This document shows, one piece after another, positions 30,481 to 41,888 of a stretch of DNA of 64,000 bases. The stretch lies in assembly GCA_963768305.1 (NCBI GenBank), contig CAVYHE010000008.1:216952-280951 (forward strand), written 5' to 3'. The DNA is from an uncultured bacterium (GTDB taxonomy: Bacteria > Margulisbacteria > WOR-1 > CAVSGV01). Under the pieces are notes generated by a model, which saw nothing but the letters and a program-made list of their open reading frames with translations, had not been told where the DNA came from and made no database searches. The position numbers and the translations under genes are program-made. Position 1 is the stretch's first letter. Every line of letters begins with the position of its first letter.

Positions 30481-30579
30481 TCTCCCTCCTTCTCCCTTTG
30501 ATAAAGGGGGTTAGGAGGATTTAAGTGGCTGCGAGTGGAACGAGCGGGGGATTAACCAATCTGCTATAATCATTCCGTT

Positions 30580-32997
30580 ATGTCTGAATATGATCACAAA
30601 CTAATCGAAAAGAAGTGGCAGGATTTCTGGGACAAAAATAAAACATATCGATGTTCCGAAGATGCCGCTTTTACAAAGAAAAATCGGTTCTATTGCCTGG
30701 ACATGTTCCCCTATCCCTCCGGCGCCGGCCTCCACGTGGGACATCCGGAAGGATACACCGCATCCGATATTCTCTGCCGGTATAAAAGGATGAACGGGTT
30801 CAATGTTCTCCATCCCATGGGATGGGACGCTTTCGGCCTGCCGGCTGAAAATTACGCGATAAAGACAGGCACGCATCCGCAGAGATCCACGGAAAAGAAC
30901 ATCGAAATATTCAAGCGCCAGATCAAAAGTTTCGGATTTTCCTATGACTGGGACAGGGAAATAAACACGACGGATCCGGATTATTTCAAATGGACGCAAT
31001 GGATATTCCTCAAGCTTTTTGAAAAAGGCCTGGCTTATGAAGCGACCGTCCCCATCAACTGGTGCCCGTCCTGCAAGACGGGGCTCGCGAATGAGGAGGT
31101 CATCGACGGCGCCTGCGCCAGATGCGGAACAACGGTCACAAAAAAAGACATGCGCCAGTGGATGCTGAAAATCACCGCTTATGCCGATCGCCTCCTGGAA
31201 GGACTAAATGATCTTGAATGGCCGGAACCCATCAAGCTTATGCAGAGGAACTGGATCGGAAAAAGCGTCGGAGCTGAAGTTGATTTTAAGATCGACGGCT
31301 CAAAAGAATCACTGAGAGTTTTCACGACAAGACCGGACACTCTTTTCGGCGCCACTTACATGGTCCTTGCGCCGGAACACCCGCTTGTACTTGAGATAAC
31401 TACGGAAGAACACTCGGCTGAAGTTCAGGATTACATAGAAAGAACGCGCCAAAAAAGCGACCTTGAAAGAGAGCATCTTTTAAAATCCAAGACCGGCGTT
31501 TTTACCGGCGCTTACGCCGTCAATCCCGTCAATAATGAGAAGATCCCCATCTGGATATCCGATTACGTGCTGATAACATACGGCACCGGCGCGATAATGG
31601 CGGTGCCCGCACACGATGAAAGGGATTTTGAATTCGCGACAAAATTCGGATTGAAGATAATTCAGGTGGTTTCGAAAGATGGCGATACTCAAGAGCTCGC
31701 CGAAGCTTTTGTTGATGAAGGAATTGCGGTCAATTCGGGACAATACAACGGTTTGAAGACAGCCGATTTCAAAGAGAAGATCTCAAAAGACCTGGAAAAA
31801 AAAGGCGTCGGAAAGAAAACCATCAATTACAAATTGCGCGACTGGGTGTTCTCCCGCCAGAGATACTGGGGCGAGCCCATCCCCGTGGTCCATTGCGAAA
31901 AATGCGGCGTAGTCGCGATACCAGAAAGCGAGCTCCCGCTAAAGCTTCCGGAAGTGAAAAAATATGAGCCGACGGGAACCGGCGAATCCCCTCTCGCGGG
32001 TATTAAAGAATGGGTGAATACCAAATGCCCAAAATGCAAAGGTCCCGCGAAAAGGGAAACGAACACCATGCCGCAGTGGGCAGGAAGCAACTGGTATTTC
32101 CTGCGCTATATTGATCCGAAAAACATTAAAGCTCTGGCTGATAAGGAGAAGATCAAGTACTGGATGCCTGTCGATCATTACATCGGCGGAGCTGAGCATG
32201 CGGTGCTTCATCTTCTCTATTCAAGGTTCTGGTATAAATTCCTTTTTGATATCGGAGTTGTACAGAGCGATGAACCGTTCAAGAAACTGACGAACCAGGG
32301 TTTGATACTTGCCGAGGACGGCCAGAAGATGAGCAAGTCCCTGGGCAATGTGGTGAATCCGGATATCGTTGTTTCTGAGTTCGGCGCTGACGCTTTCAGG
32401 ATGTACGAGATGTTCATGGGCCCGCTTGAGATGGTGAAGCCGTGGTCAACGAACGGAATAATCGGTCTCCGCCGCTTCCTGGAAAAGGTCTGGCGGCTTT
32501 ATGACAATAAGGTCGACTATGGACCTCTTCCAAAGAATATCGAAATTCTCCTGCATAAAACCATTAAAAAAGTCGGGGAAGATGTGGAGAACCTGAGGTT
32601 CAACACCGCAATATCGGCAATGATGATCCTTATTAATGAAATTTCGAATCTCAAAACTCTTAACTCACAACTTTCCCGTGACTTTCTCTTGATCCTCGCT
32701 CCTTTCGCGCCGCACATGACGGAGGAATTATGGGAAAAGATCGGTGAGATGCCGTCGATACATAAACAGCAATGGCCGAAATTCAACCACACGCTTATCA
32801 AAGATGAAAAAATTACGATAGTTATCCAGGTTAATGGAAAACTTCGGGATAATATCCAGGTCGCAGCCGATGCGGGAGAAGAGGAAATTAAAAAGCTGGC
32901 GGCTTCCAGCGCAAAGGTTAAGGTTTTTATTGAAGGGAAGAAGATCGCTAAAACGATCTATGTCCCGAAGAAACTTGTTAACATCGTTATATCTTGA
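30580..32997 (+). CDS. leuS: leucyl-tRNA synthetase
   Basis: [44 protein letters not shown]. Confidence 0.98.
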   Translation: MSEYDHKLIEKKWQDFWDKNKTYRCSEDAAFTKKNRFYCLDMFPYPSGAGLHVGHPEGYTASDILCRYKRMNGFNVLHPMGWDAFGLPAENYAIKTGTHPQRSTEKNIEIFKRQIKSFGFSYDWDREINTTDPDYFKWTQWIFLKLFEKGLAYEATVPINWCPSCKTGLANEEVIDGACARCGTTVTKKDMRQWMLKITAYADRLLEGLNDLEWPEPIKLMQRNWIGKSVGAEVDFKIDGSKESLRVFTTRPDTLFGATYMVLAPEHPLVLEITTEEHSAEVQDYIERTRQKSDLEREHLLKSKTGVFTGAYAVNPVNNEKIPIWISDYVLITYGTGAIMAVPAHDERDFEFATKFGLKIIQVVSKDGDTQELAEAFVDEGIAVNSGQYNGLKTADFKEKISKDLEKKGVGKKTINYKLRDWVFSRQRYWGEPIPVVHCEKCGVVAIPESELPLKLPEVKKYEPTGTGESPLAGIKEWVNTKCPKCKGPAKRETNTMPQWAGSNWYFLRYIDPKNIKALADKEKIKYWMPVDHYIGGAEHAVLHLLYSRFWYKFLFDIGVVQSDEPFKKLTNQGLILAEDGQKMSKSLGNVVNPDIVVSEFGADAFRMYEMFMGPLEMVKPWSTNGIIGLRRFLEKVWRLYDNKVDYGPLPKNIEILLHKTIKKVGEDVENLRFNTAISAMMILINEISNLKTLNSQLSRDFLLILAPFAPHMTEELWEKIGEMPSIHKQQWPKFNHTLIKDEKITIVIQVNGKLRDNIQVAADAGEEEIKKLAASSAKVKVFIEGKKIAKTIYVPKKLVNIVIS

Positions 32998-33020
32998 TCT
33001 TCCTGTCCCCAAAATAACAC

Positions 33021-33049
33021 TTGCTTTATTAAACGGACCGTGCTATACT
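33021..33049 (+). promoter_or_regulatory. sigma70-type promoter for the RRM gene
   Basis: TTGCTT-N17-TATACT with extended TG. Confidence 0.55.
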
Positions 33050-33187
33050 CTCTCCTGTAAGTCGAAGTTAGTGGTGTACTCGTTAGATATTTTTTAATAT
33101 TTTGTAGCGCGTAGGGATCCAAGGCCATTTCGTCTTGGGTCTTTTTTTTTGAGAGTCATTAACTAAAGAACGTAGAATACGAGCGAG

Positions 33188-33469
33188 GTGAAAAACAGAA
33201 TGACAAAGAGTTTATTTGTAGGCAATCTTCCGTGGTCGGTGACCGAGGACGAGCTTAAGAGCAAGTTCGAGGAGCACGTAAAAGTTACCGCGGTAAGGCT
33301 GATAACCGACAAGATGACCGGCAGAGCCAAAGGATTCGGCTTTGTGGAAGTCGAGGATTCAGAGATGGACAAAGCCATCTCCTCAATGAACGGCCAGAAG
33401 ATCGGCGATCGCGAGATCGTTGTGAACGAAGCCAGGCCGAGAGCTGAGAGGTCGGACAGAAGGTTCTAA
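33188..33469 (+). CDS. RRM RNA-binding protein
   Basis: RNP2 LFVGNL, RNP1 KGFGFVEV, VNEARPR. Confidence 0.93.
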   Translation: MKNRMTKSLFVGNLPWSVTEDELKSKFEEHVKVTAVRLITDKMTGRAKGFGFVEVEDSEMDKAISSMNGQKIGDREIVVNEARPRAERSDRRF

Positions 33470-33489
33470 GAACTTTCAGTTATAAATCA

Positions 33490-33527
33490 AAGGCCCGTTA
33501 TGCTTGATTGCATGCGGGCCTTTTTTT
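33490..33527 (+). terminator. intrinsic terminator
   Basis: aaggcccg...cgggcctt followed by a T run. Confidence 0.75.
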
Positions 33528-33545
33528 GTTCGCACTTCCTGATAT

Positions 33546-34019
33546 CTAATCGTTCTTATTCGATTGAACAAGATAATGAAGGAAATTATTTACCGATCTT
33601 TTAACTGAGAAATACCCGTATAAAGTTAACGCGGAGATGGCAGGCCCAATAGCCATGAAGATCTCATTCTGAAACAAATATGCCGCGCCGCCGATGAACA
33701 GTCCGGTCCCTATTAAGGTCTTATCTGCAGTATCGAGTTTGTTAGCTTTCACTTTATATTCACTTAGTTCATATTTAGGTTCGTTAAATAACTGGTATTT
33801 CTGCGCCGCATTCAGCGCCAGCTCCATTCTGGTTGTTTTTGTAGAAGACCTTGTAGTGCTTTCAAAATGAAGTAAAAACTTTGCCATAAGGCTTGTCTTC
33901 ACTGTTCTCCCCTCTTCACCTTGCTGAACTTTTAAACCCTTTGTTCGCAATAAAAGCAACATATGCGCTGTAAGTTTCGGTGTCCCGACTTTTTTTATTC
34001 CAAATAATCTCATAAACAT
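33546..34019 (-). CDS. orphan protein with C-terminal double hydrophobic segment
   Basis: 157-aa ORF, GAGAGG SD, upstream motif. Confidence 0.7.
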   Translation of the reverse strand: MFMRLFGIKKVGTPKLTAHMLLLLRTKGLKVQQGEEGRTVKTSLMAKFLLHFESTTRSSTKTTRMELALNAAQKYQLFNEPKYELSEYKVKANKLDTADKTLIGTGLFIGGAAYLFQNEIFMAIGPAISALTLYGYFSVKRSVNNFLHYLVQSNKND

Positions 34020-34046
34020 CCTCTCTCAGGTATTTCGCACGAATTA

Positions 34047-34074
34047 TTATCGTCATATTTCCACGAAAATTTCA
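34047..34074 (-). promoter_or_regulatory. sigma28-like promoter motif
   Basis: TGAAA-N17-CGATAA. Confidence 0.65.
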
Positions 34075-34140
34075 TTTTTTCTGATGAGTATTTGGAAGTA
34101 TGTCAGGACATAACAAGCGGTAATAAGTTATAATGATCAT

Positions 34141-35439
34141 ATGAAAGTCGGCGTAATATCTCTAGGATGCCCAAAAAATCTCACCGATACCGAAGCCGTC
34201 CTCGGGCTTCTGGTCGATTCAGGCTACGAATTAACGAACAATAAGAACGAAGCCGAAATAATGATAATAAATACCTGCGCTTTCATCGGCGACGCAAGGG
34301 ATGAAGCTTACAAGATCATAAAAGAGATATCAAAGCTTAAGTCAAAAGGAAAACTGAAATTCCTGGTCGTCGCGGGATGCCTGCCGAAAAGATACAAGAA
34401 CGAGCTTTTTGATAAATTCGAGGAGATCGACGCTATTGTCGGGCCGGGGCAGATCGACAAGATCATTTACATCCTCAGGAATTTGGGCCACAAAAAAAAG
34501 ATATCGCTCCTTGAAGGAACCCACTGCCTTTTCACCCATAAGACGCCGAGGATCAAGGCAACTCCGAATTATTATGCCTATATCAAGATCGCTGACGGAT
34601 GTAATAATCGATGCTCATACTGCATTGTTCCAAGCTTGAGAGGCAAATATCAAAGCCGGCCGATGGCCTCGATAGTCAGCGAAGTAAAAGATCTGGTTCG
34701 AAAAGGTCTGAAAGAAGCCATTCTGGTCGCGCAGGACACGACCATGTACGGAACAGACCTGTATGGAAAGCCCTCTTTACATATTCTATGCAAAAAACTT
34801 GCCCGAATAAGCGGATTGAAATGGATCCGTATAATGTACGCGCATCCCAAACATGTTACGTATGAACTTATCGAAGTGATGGCAAAAGAGCCAAAAATTT
34901 GCAAGTATCTTGACTTGCCTATACAGCATTCCTGTGATAAGATTTTAAAGTCCATGAGGCGGAGGATATCCGCTGAAAAGCTCAGGAATTTGATCGAAAA
35001 GTTAAGGAGGAAAATACCCGGGATAGCGATAAGGACATCCGTCATCGTCGGTTATCCCGGAGAGACAGTTCCCGATTTTAACAAATTGATTTCGTTCATT
35101 AAGGAAGAGAGGTTTGAGAGACTGGGAGTATTCAAGTACAGCAGGGAATCAGGCACTCCCGCGGCCAAATTGGGGGATCAAGTTGGCGGGCGGATAAAAG
35201 ACCAGAGGTTTCATAAGTTAATGCGCTTGCAGCGCGAGATTTCCAGAAAGTCTCTGAAAAATATGATAGGAAAAGTGATAGAAGTCATATCGGAAGGAAG
35301 GCTAGGGCGGTCCTACATGGACGCCCCGGAGATCGACGGCGTTGTCAAGATGGATAAATATGTCCCGAACGGGAAGATCGTGTCTGTGAAAATTACGGGG
35401 TCAGGCCCGTATGATCTTTCCGGCGCCGTTTTTACTTGA
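34141..35439 (+). CDS. rimO: ribosomal protein S12 methylthiotransferase
   Basis: SLGCPKN, NTCAFI, KIADGCNNRCSYC, DAPEIDG. Confidence 0.95.
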   Translation: MKVGVISLGCPKNLTDTEAVLGLLVDSGYELTNNKNEAEIMIINTCAFIGDARDEAYKIIKEISKLKSKGKLKFLVVAGCLPKRYKNELFDKFEEIDAIVGPGQIDKIIYILRNLGHKKKISLLEGTHCLFTHKTPRIKATPNYYAYIKIADGCNNRCSYCIVPSLRGKYQSRPMASIVSEVKDLVRKGLKEAILVAQDTTMYGTDLYGKPSLHILCKKLARISGLKWIRIMYAHPKHVTYELIEVMAKEPKICKYLDLPIQHSCDKILKSMRRRISAEKLRNLIEKLRRKIPGIAIRTSVIVGYPGETVPDFNKLISFIKEERFERLGVFKYSRESGTPAAKLGDQVGGRIKDQRFHKLMRLQREISRKSLKNMIGKVIEVISEGRLGRSYMDAPEIDGVVKMDKYVPNGKIVSVKITGSGPYDLSGAVFT

Positions 35440-35951
35440 ACCTGCCTAATTCCGTAACTTTTTTAAGAATACTTTTAATCCCCCTGCTGGTCTACTTTTT
35501 GCTCTCGCCTCATATTCCTAATGGCAATATCATTGCTGTAGTTATTTTCGGCATTGTAGCTGCTTCCGACGCCCTGGACGGGTATCTTGCCAGGAAGCTG
35601 AAGCAGGAAACGGTCATCGGGAAGATATTCGATCCCGTTGCAGACAAGATACTTGTGTTATCCGCTTTGCTTTGTTTGGTTGAACTTGGAAGAGTTTCGT
35701 CTATACCTGTGATGTTGATAATCGCGAGAGATTTTGCGGTGACAGGACTCCGGATAGCGGCCGGCTCCTCCGGCAAGATAATTGCTGCTGATAAAATGGG
35801 CAAATACAAGGCAGCCTTGCTTGATGTAGCAGCCGGCATATTGATCCTGAACTGGCCCTACGGGAACCTGATCTTATGGATGGGCGTCATACTGGCGGTA
35901 ATATCGGGGATCGATTATTTTATTAAAAATAGGGGTATCTTTAATGGGTGA
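35436..35951 (+). CDS. pgsA: CDP-diacylglycerol--glycerol-3-phosphate phosphatidyltransferase
   Basis: NLPN.VT..RI, DALDGYLAR...G...DPVADK. Confidence 0.93.
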   Translation: MNLPNSVTFLRILLIPLLVYFLLSPHIPNGNIIAVVIFGIVAASDALDGYLARKLKQETVIGKIFDPVADKILVLSALLCLVELGRVSSIPVMLIIARDFAVTGLRIAAGSSGKIIAADKMGKYKAALLDVAAGILILNWPYGNLILWMGVILAVISGIDYFIKNRGIFNG

Positions 35952-36495
35952 GTCGGAAGTCAAGCTTGAGGACTTTTTTACCCGCGTCCTTTCCGTCATT
36001 GGAAAGACAACCGAGGTGGAAGTCGCGGAGCTTTTGAAAAAGGCGAAAAAGACCGTCGCTGTGGCGGAATCGCTCACCGGGGGATCCATCTCAAGCAAGC
36101 TTACAAGCCAGCCTGGAAGCTCGGAATTCTTTGTGGGCGGGATCATTGCCTACAATAACAGAATAAAAGTAATGGAGTTGGGCGTTCCGGCGAATATCAT
36201 TGCGCATGAAAGCCCGGTCAGCAAAGAGGTGGCTATCGTGATGGCCGAGGGGATAAGAAAAAGATACCGGGCTGATATCGGACTTTCGGCAACGGGAGTA
36301 GCGGGTCCAACCGGCACTACGCCGCCAAAGCCGATCGGTCTTGTTTACATAGGCCTTGCGTCTGACCAGGGAACGGTTTTCAAGGAGCTACAGCTTTCGG
36401 GCGGACGCAGCGAAATACGGGAAAAAGCCGCCGCTGCCGCACTTGGCTTGCTCTGGCTGCATTTAGGCGGAGAAGAGGCATTGAATAAAGTTTAA
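35944..36495 (+). CDS. cinA: CinA C-terminal domain / NMN deamidase
   Basis: AESLTGG, PGSS, TGVAGP; upstream of recA. Confidence 0.88.
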   Translation: MGESEVKLEDFFTRVLSVIGKTTEVEVAELLKKAKKTVAVAESLTGGSISSKLTSQPGSSEFFVGGIIAYNNRIKVMELGVPANIIAHESPVSKEVAIVMAEGIRKRYRADIGLSATGVAGPTGTTPPKPIGLVYIGLASDQGTVFKELQLSGGRSEIREKAAAAALGLLWLHLGGEEALNKV

Positions 36496-36590
36496 TGAAT
36501 ATTGGGGAGTAGACCCGAAGGGTCGTTGAGGGGCTTGCCCCTCAAGTAACGAGAGTTAGAGCAAAGTAACAACAAAGGAGGAGTAATAAT

Positions 36591-37616
36591 ATGGCAGACG
36601 AAAAAAAGAAAGCATTGGAAATGGCGATAACGCAGATAGAAAAGAACTGCGGCAAGGGTTCCATAATGAGAATGGACAAGGCGTCAAAGATGGACGTGGA
36701 GGTGATCCCGTCCGGGGTGTTCGCTCTTGATGCCGCTCTGGGAGTGGGCGGATTCCCGAAAGGAAGGATAATCGAGATATACGGGCCCGAAGGCGGCGGA
36801 AAAACCACCGTTTCGCTCCAGGCAATAGCCGAAGCGCAGAAACGGGGAGGCATTGCGGCGTTCATCGATGCCGAGCATGCACTTTCTCCGGTATATGCAA
36901 AAAAACTCGGCGTTGATATTAACAATCTTCTCATATCTCAACCTGACTACGGTGAGCAGGCACTGGAGATAGCTGAAACTTTGATCAGGTCTGGAGCCGT
37001 CGATATCATAGTTGTCGATTCGGTCGCCGCCTTAGTTCCGAAAGCGGAGATCGAGGGAGAGATGGGAGATTTCCAGGTAGGCCTTCAGGCAAGGTTGATG
37101 TCAAAGGCGCTAAGAAAATTGACCGCGGTCATCAGCAAGGGGAAGACCGTAATGATCTTCATCAACCAGCTGAGGGAAAAGATCGGGATAATGTTCGGCA
37201 ATCCCGAAGTCACGCCGGGCGGCAGAGCGCTGAAATTCTATTCTTCGGTCCGGCTGGAAGTAAGGGCAAGTGAAAAGATAAAGGATGCGGACAGGATAAT
37301 AGGGACAAAGGTGAAAGTGAAGGTAGTGAAGAATAAGGTGGCACCTCCTTTCAGGGAAGCTTTCTTCACACTGATACACGGGGAAGGCATTTCAAAGGGC
37401 GCGGACATCCTTGACAGTTCCATTGCCGCAGGGATAGCGGAAAAGAGCGGCGCATGGTTCACTTATAAAGGGGAGAAGATAGGACAGGGATGGGAGAACA
37501 GCGTGAAAATACTGGAAGAGAACAGGGAGCTTGCGAAAAAAATGGAAAGCGACCTTAGGAAATACGTTTTGAACCCGGGAAAACCAGCGGTAGTGGCGGA
37601 AACGAAGAAGAAATAA
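36591..37616 (+). CDS. recA: recombinase RecA
   Basis: [40 protein letters not shown]. Confidence 0.98.
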   Translation: MADEKKKALEMAITQIEKNCGKGSIMRMDKASKMDVEVIPSGVFALDAALGVGGFPKGRIIEIYGPEGGGKTTVSLQAIAEAQKRGGIAAFIDAEHALSPVYAKKLGVDINNLLISQPDYGEQALEIAETLIRSGAVDIIVVDSVAALVPKAEIEGEMGDFQVGLQARLMSKALRKLTAVISKGKTVMIFINQLREKIGIMFGNPEVTPGGRALKFYSSVRLEVRASEKIKDADRIIGTKVKVKVVKNKVAPPFREAFFTLIHGEGISKGADILDSSIAAGIAEKSGAWFTYKGEKIGQGWENSVKILEENRELAKKMESDLRKYVLNPGKPAVVAETKKK

Positions 37617-37652
37617 CGGACACTGGCGCGTAATAGAAGGAGGATGAGTTAA

Positions 37653-39200
37653 ATGAATTTAGCGAGCTTTATCTACAGCACGGTGCTCGCTGTCATCGTA
37701 TTCGCGATGTTCGTCGCGTATATCATGATCAGAAGGAGCATGGCGGAGCAGAAGATCCGCGTGGCACAGGAAACGGCGAAGCGGATCCTGGAGGACGCAA
37801 AGCGCGACGCCGAGACAAAAAGACGGGAAGCGATACTGGAGGCAAAAGATGAGTCACTGAAATTAAGGCAGGAATTCGATAAGGAGACGAAGGAAAGAAA
37901 AGCGGAGCTTTTCAACCTGGAAAAAAGGCTTCTACAGCGCGAAGAGAGCATGGACGCGCGTGAGAAAAATGTCGAAGAGGCCAAGAAAAAATTGGTCTCC
38001 GCGGAAGCCGACATCGCAAAAATGCGGGTGCTTCTGGAAGAATTGAGAGTTCAGCATGTTAAAGAGCTGGAAAAAGTTTCCGGCTTGACCAGGGAGGAAG
38101 GTATCAAGACCCTTTTAAAGAACCTGGAAAAGGACATGGACAGGGAAGCAGCTCTTCTGATAAAGGCGAAGGAAGAACAGATGAAAAAGGACGCGGACAA
38201 GATGGCGAAAGAGATATTATCCACCGCCATCCAGCGCTGCGCCGTGGACCATGTCGTGGAATCCACAATTACCGTGGTCGAGCTTCCGAACGATGAAATG
38301 AAAGGGCGCATTATCGGGCGTGAAGGAAGGAATATCCGCGCGTTCGAAACATTGACAGGTGTTGATCTGATAGTGGATGACACGCCGGGAGCAGTTATCA
38401 TATCGGGTTTTGATCCGGTAAGAAGGGAAACCGCCAGATTGACTTTGACAAAACTTATCGCCGACGGAAGGATCCATCCGGCGAGAGTCGAAGAAATGTA
38501 TAATAAGTCGAAGGAAGAACTGAAAGCTGCCATGTGGGAGCATGGTGAAAAGGCCACATTTGAAGCGGATGTCCACGGCCTGCCTCCGGTCTTGATCCAG
38601 ATGCTCGGGAGATTGAGGTACAGGACCAGCTACGGACAGAATGTTCTTCAGCATTCAGTAGAGGTCGCGAAGATCTCCGGAATGATCGCGGCAGAACTTG
38701 GCGTTAATGTGAAGCTGGCAAAAAGGGCCGGACTTCTCCATGACATAGGAAAGGCCATTGATCAGGAATCCGAAGGGACACATACAAAACTTGGCGTTAC
38801 GTTCGCCCAGAAAGCGGGCGAATCGCCGGAAGTCCTTCACGCCATAGCCGCACATCACGGCGACGAACCGGCGCGCACCGCCGAAGCGGTCATAGTGGCC
38901 GTGGCTGACGCCATATCGGCTTCAAGGCCGGGCGCGAGGCGCGACACTCTGGAAGCTTACATAAAGAGGCTGGAAAACCTGGAGAAAGTCGCCTGCTCGT
39001 TTGAGGGAGTTGAAAAATGCTTCGCCATTCAGGCCGGAAGAGAAGTAAGGATAATGGTCCAGCCGGACAAGCTTGACGACCTTATGTCGACAAAACTCGC
39101 GCACGATGTCGCAAGGAAGATCGAAGCTGAGCTGGATTACCCGGGCGAAGTAAAAGTGACGGTCATAAGGGAGACCAGGGCGACGGATACCGCAAAATGA
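37653..39200 (+). CDS. rny: ribonuclease Y
   Basis: TM anchor, coiled coil, [25 protein letters not shown]. Confidence 0.97.
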   Translation: MNLASFIYSTVLAVIVFAMFVAYIMIRRSMAEQKIRVAQETAKRILEDAKRDAETKRREAILEAKDESLKLRQEFDKETKERKAELFNLEKRLLQREESMDAREKNVEEAKKKLVSAEADIAKMRVLLEELRVQHVKELEKVSGLTREEGIKTLLKNLEKDMDREAALLIKAKEEQMKKDADKMAKEILSTAIQRCAVDHVVESTITVVELPNDEMKGRIIGREGRNIRAFETLTGVDLIVDDTPGAVIISGFDPVRRETARLTLTKLIADGRIHPARVEEMYNKSKEELKAAMWEHGEKATFEADVHGLPPVLIQMLGRLRYRTSYGQNVLQHSVEVAKISGMIAAELGVNVKLAKRAGLLHDIGKAIDQESEGTHTKLGVTFAQKAGESPEVLHAIAAHHGDEPARTAEAVIVAVADAISASRPGARRDTLEAYIKRLENLEKVACSFEGVEKCFAIQAGREVRIMVQPDKLDDLMSTKLAHDVARKIEAELDYPGEVKVTVIRETRATDTAK

Positions 39201-40006
39201 AGATACTATTCATAGGGGACATAATCGGGCGGCCGGGGCGCACGATCACCGCGAGCCTACTGCCGGAGCTGAAAAAGGAGTTCTCGCCTGACGTCGTGAT
39301 AGCGAATGGGGAGAATTCTGCAGCGGGAGTAGGCATCACTAAAAAGGTTTATGACGAGCTGATGGACATGGGCATTGACGTCATAACCATGGGGAACCAC
39401 ATCTGGGACAGGAAAGAATTCCTGCCGGACATCGCGTCCTGCCCCAACCTTGTGAGGCCCGCGAATTATCCCGAAGGCGTCCCTGGAAAAGGCTATGATG
39501 TTTATTCATCGAAAGGGATAAAGTACGGGGTAGTTAATCTGGTCGGGCGCGTTTTCATGTCCTGCATAAACGATCCGTTCCAGACGGCGAATGATATTGT
39601 TCAAAAAATTAAGCATGAAACCCATATCATATTCATTGATTTTCACGGAGAGGCGACATCGGAGAAGAACGCGCTCGCGTGGTATCTGGACGGAAAAGTT
39701 TCCGCCGTGATAGGGACGCACACCCATATCCAGACCGCTGATGAAAGGATACTCCCGAAAGGAACGGCGTTCATCACGGACGCCGGAATGGTGGGCGCTT
39801 ATGATTCGATCATAGGCGTGCAAAAGGAGCAGATAATCAAGAGATTTCTACTTTCCATGCCCGAGCGTTTCGAGCCGGAAGACAAAGGCCCCGGCATCTT
39901 CAACGGGCTTGTCATTGATATTGACGAAAGCGGAAAGGCCAGAGAGATAAAGAGGATTTACAAGGTCATACCGGACATGGGGAACATAGCGAAGCAAGAG
40001 AGTTAG
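39197..40006 (+). CDS. ymdB: YmdB-like metallophosphoesterase
   Basis: [27 protein letters not shown]. Confidence 0.93.
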   Translation: MKILFIGDIIGRPGRTITASLLPELKKEFSPDVVIANGENSAAGVGITKKVYDELMDMGIDVITMGNHIWDRKEFLPDIASCPNLVRPANYPEGVPGKGYDVYSSKGIKYGVVNLVGRVFMSCINDPFQTANDIVQKIKHETHIIFIDFHGEATSEKNALAWYLDGKVSAVIGTHTHIQTADERILPKGTAFITDAGMVGAYDSIIGVQKEQIIKRFLLSMPERFEPEDKGPGIFNGLVIDIDESGKAREIKRIYKVIPDMGNIAKQES

Positions 40007-40055
40007 GTTTTCGAAAAACATCTCCCATCCCTTTCAAAATATTTTCACCAAAAAG

Positions 40056-40083
40056 TGAAATTCCCGCACAAAACTGCCGATAA
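40056..40083 (+). promoter_or_regulatory. sigma28-like promoter motif
   Basis: TGAAA-N15-GCCGATAA; AGGAGG SD; ATG 40102. Confidence 0.7.
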
Positions 40084-40101
40084 TGGCACAGGAGGAACTA
40101 T

Positions 40102-40593
40102 ATGTCCGTATTTAAGATATTTAGAGGATTAATTCCATTTAAGAAAGTGTCCGGCGGTCTTGATGCTGGGAAACACCAGCTGCATTCTCAACATACGCTA
40201 AGATATCTAAATACTTTGTCCGGTACCATACTAGGCCTCAGTATCAAGGATAATTCAGAAAATGCGAAGACGGATATTTTAAGTAAATTTACAAAACTTC
40301 GATCCTTGACCATTTCTTGCCGTTTTGTTCATTATATTAATATTTTGAAAAAATTAGAGTATTTGGAGAATGTATGCATATATGATACTCCATTAAAAAG
40401 CCTGGAAATGTTAAGGAATCACGAAAAGATCAGGAACTTAACATTAAAAAATACTTATGTGGCAGATCTTGAACCTTTAAAGAATTGTCCAAATTTAATG
40501 TCATTACGGTTAGAAGGTAATCGTTATCTTACTAAACAGCAAATTGAATCGCTAAGAAAAATGCTCCCGAAATGTGAAATAAAGACCTTTTGA
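40102..40593 (+). CDS. leucine-rich repeat protein
   Basis: LRSLTI, IRNLTL, LEPLKNCPNLMSLRL, LRKMLPKCEI cap. Confidence 0.8.
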   Translation: MSVFKIFRGLIPFKKVSGGLDAGKHQLHSQHTLRYLNTLSGTILGLSIKDNSENAKTDILSKFTKLRSLTISCRFVHYINILKKLEYLENVCIYDTPLKSLEMLRNHEKIRNLTLKNTYVADLEPLKNCPNLMSLRLEGNRYLTKQQIESLRKMLPKCEIKTF

Positions 40594-40659
40594 TGTTCAT
40601 GTGGCGAGGGCCTGATAGGGGATCGATCATTATTTAAATCTGGCAGGTGAAAAAATAAT

Positions 40660-41808
40660 ATGACAACATCAGACACTACTTCGATCGGCAATAAAGTCAA
40701 CGCCTACGGCGCTAAATCCGCGACTGCCGGAATAGCGACTCAGCTGGATAAAGCCTTCAAAGTTTGCGGGGATTTTCCGTTTTCCCGCGAATATGTCCGG
40801 GGTCTCCTGGCTAACGGCCAAGTTTCCTTAAAAGAAATGGAACAGCTCCAAAATAAACATCTCGGCCCTGACGGATTATATGCGCTTTTAGTTTACTCTT
40901 TGGCCAGAAAGACCATTAAAAAGGGGTTAATTTCCGCCCATTATCTTCCTTATCTTAAGACAATGGCCAATCAAATACTGAATGGCCGCCTTCATTGTAA
41001 AAGATCCAACGCCTCATTTGCCGGAGCCAGTGTTGATGCAATATTCGATATTCAGAATAATTCATTGCTGTTTGACCCGGAACAGATAAAGATAATTAAC
41101 AATGAAACCCTGTTCGAATCAACCATTATCCATGAGCTTTGGCATTCCTGGCAGATCTTTAACAAGCGCTCTTTGCCATACAGCTTGTTTGAGGTAGAAG
41201 CCCATTTTGTCCAGGCAGATTACCTAAATCACACAAAACCGGGTATCTTACAGGAAAAATACTGGCTTAAGGCGGACATCGATCGTCAGCAAGGTATTCT
41301 AAAATTTACGTTCATGCCTCCGAAAGAAACCGTAATTAAAGCGGCCTCCCTTCCGATTGAAAGCCCCGAGTATAAAGCTATTATGAACGGGGCGAGGAAC
41401 GATTATTTGCTGGCCAGGGCCGTAGTGGACGCGAAAAGCATGACAATAATACAAAGACTTGTAAGTCAGATCCCCGATGGGGCACCAATTGAAGCCGTGT
41501 GCAGAGGATTAATGAGCTTAATCGAAAGAACCGAAATTAAATTATTGCAATATCCGATCACCACCCACTTACATTGTAATAAACCAAAAGTCGCCTCCGG
41601 AACCTATTTTGGAAGTTGTTCGCCTGATCAGGACCTGATCGATTACTGCAGCGGGGTCTGGGCTCTCTCAATATATCTTTCCCAGAATAATAAGATAGAT
41701 GATATGACTAAATACGCAAACGGTTATTTTATAACGGCTTTTAAAGGCCAGGATCTGACCGGAAATCCGGACTTGGATTTTGAAGTAACCGCTCCGCTGA
41801 ATAAATAA
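40660..41808 (+). CDS. orphan protein with HExxH zincin-like motif
   Basis: IIHELWHSWQ followed by FEVEAH. Confidence 0.7.
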   Translation: MTTSDTTSIGNKVNAYGAKSATAGIATQLDKAFKVCGDFPFSREYVRGLLANGQVSLKEMEQLQNKHLGPDGLYALLVYSLARKTIKKGLISAHYLPYLKTMANQILNGRLHCKRSNASFAGASVDAIFDIQNNSLLFDPEQIKIINNETLFESTIIHELWHSWQIFNKRSLPYSLFEVEAHFVQADYLNHTKPGILQEKYWLKADIDRQQGILKFTFMPPKETVIKAASLPIESPEYKAIMNGARNDYLLARAVVDAKSMTIIQRLVSQIPDGAPIEAVCRGLMSLIERTEIKLLQYPITTHLHCNKPKVASGTYFGSCSPDQDLIDYCSGVWALSIYLSQNNKIDDMTKYANGYFITAFKGQDLTGNPDLDFEVTAPLNK

Positions 41809-41842
41809 ATATTTTTAGCTGCCCAGCGGTCAATAAAAACAG

Positions 41843-41870
41843 TGTATTTTTTTAATGAAATTGCTGATAT
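41843..41870 (+). promoter_or_regulatory. degenerate sigma28-like motif
   Basis: TGTAT-N15-GCTGATAT, same spacing, 19 nt before ATG 41889. Confidence 0.4.
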
Positions 41871-41888
41871 GTGTTAGGAAGAATTAAT

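Noticed and set aside
30481..30553. ctccctttgataaagggggttaggaggattt as a REP-like element or leuS T-box
   Set aside because: Single copy here with a short stem; no T-box consensus, and leuS appears leaderless.
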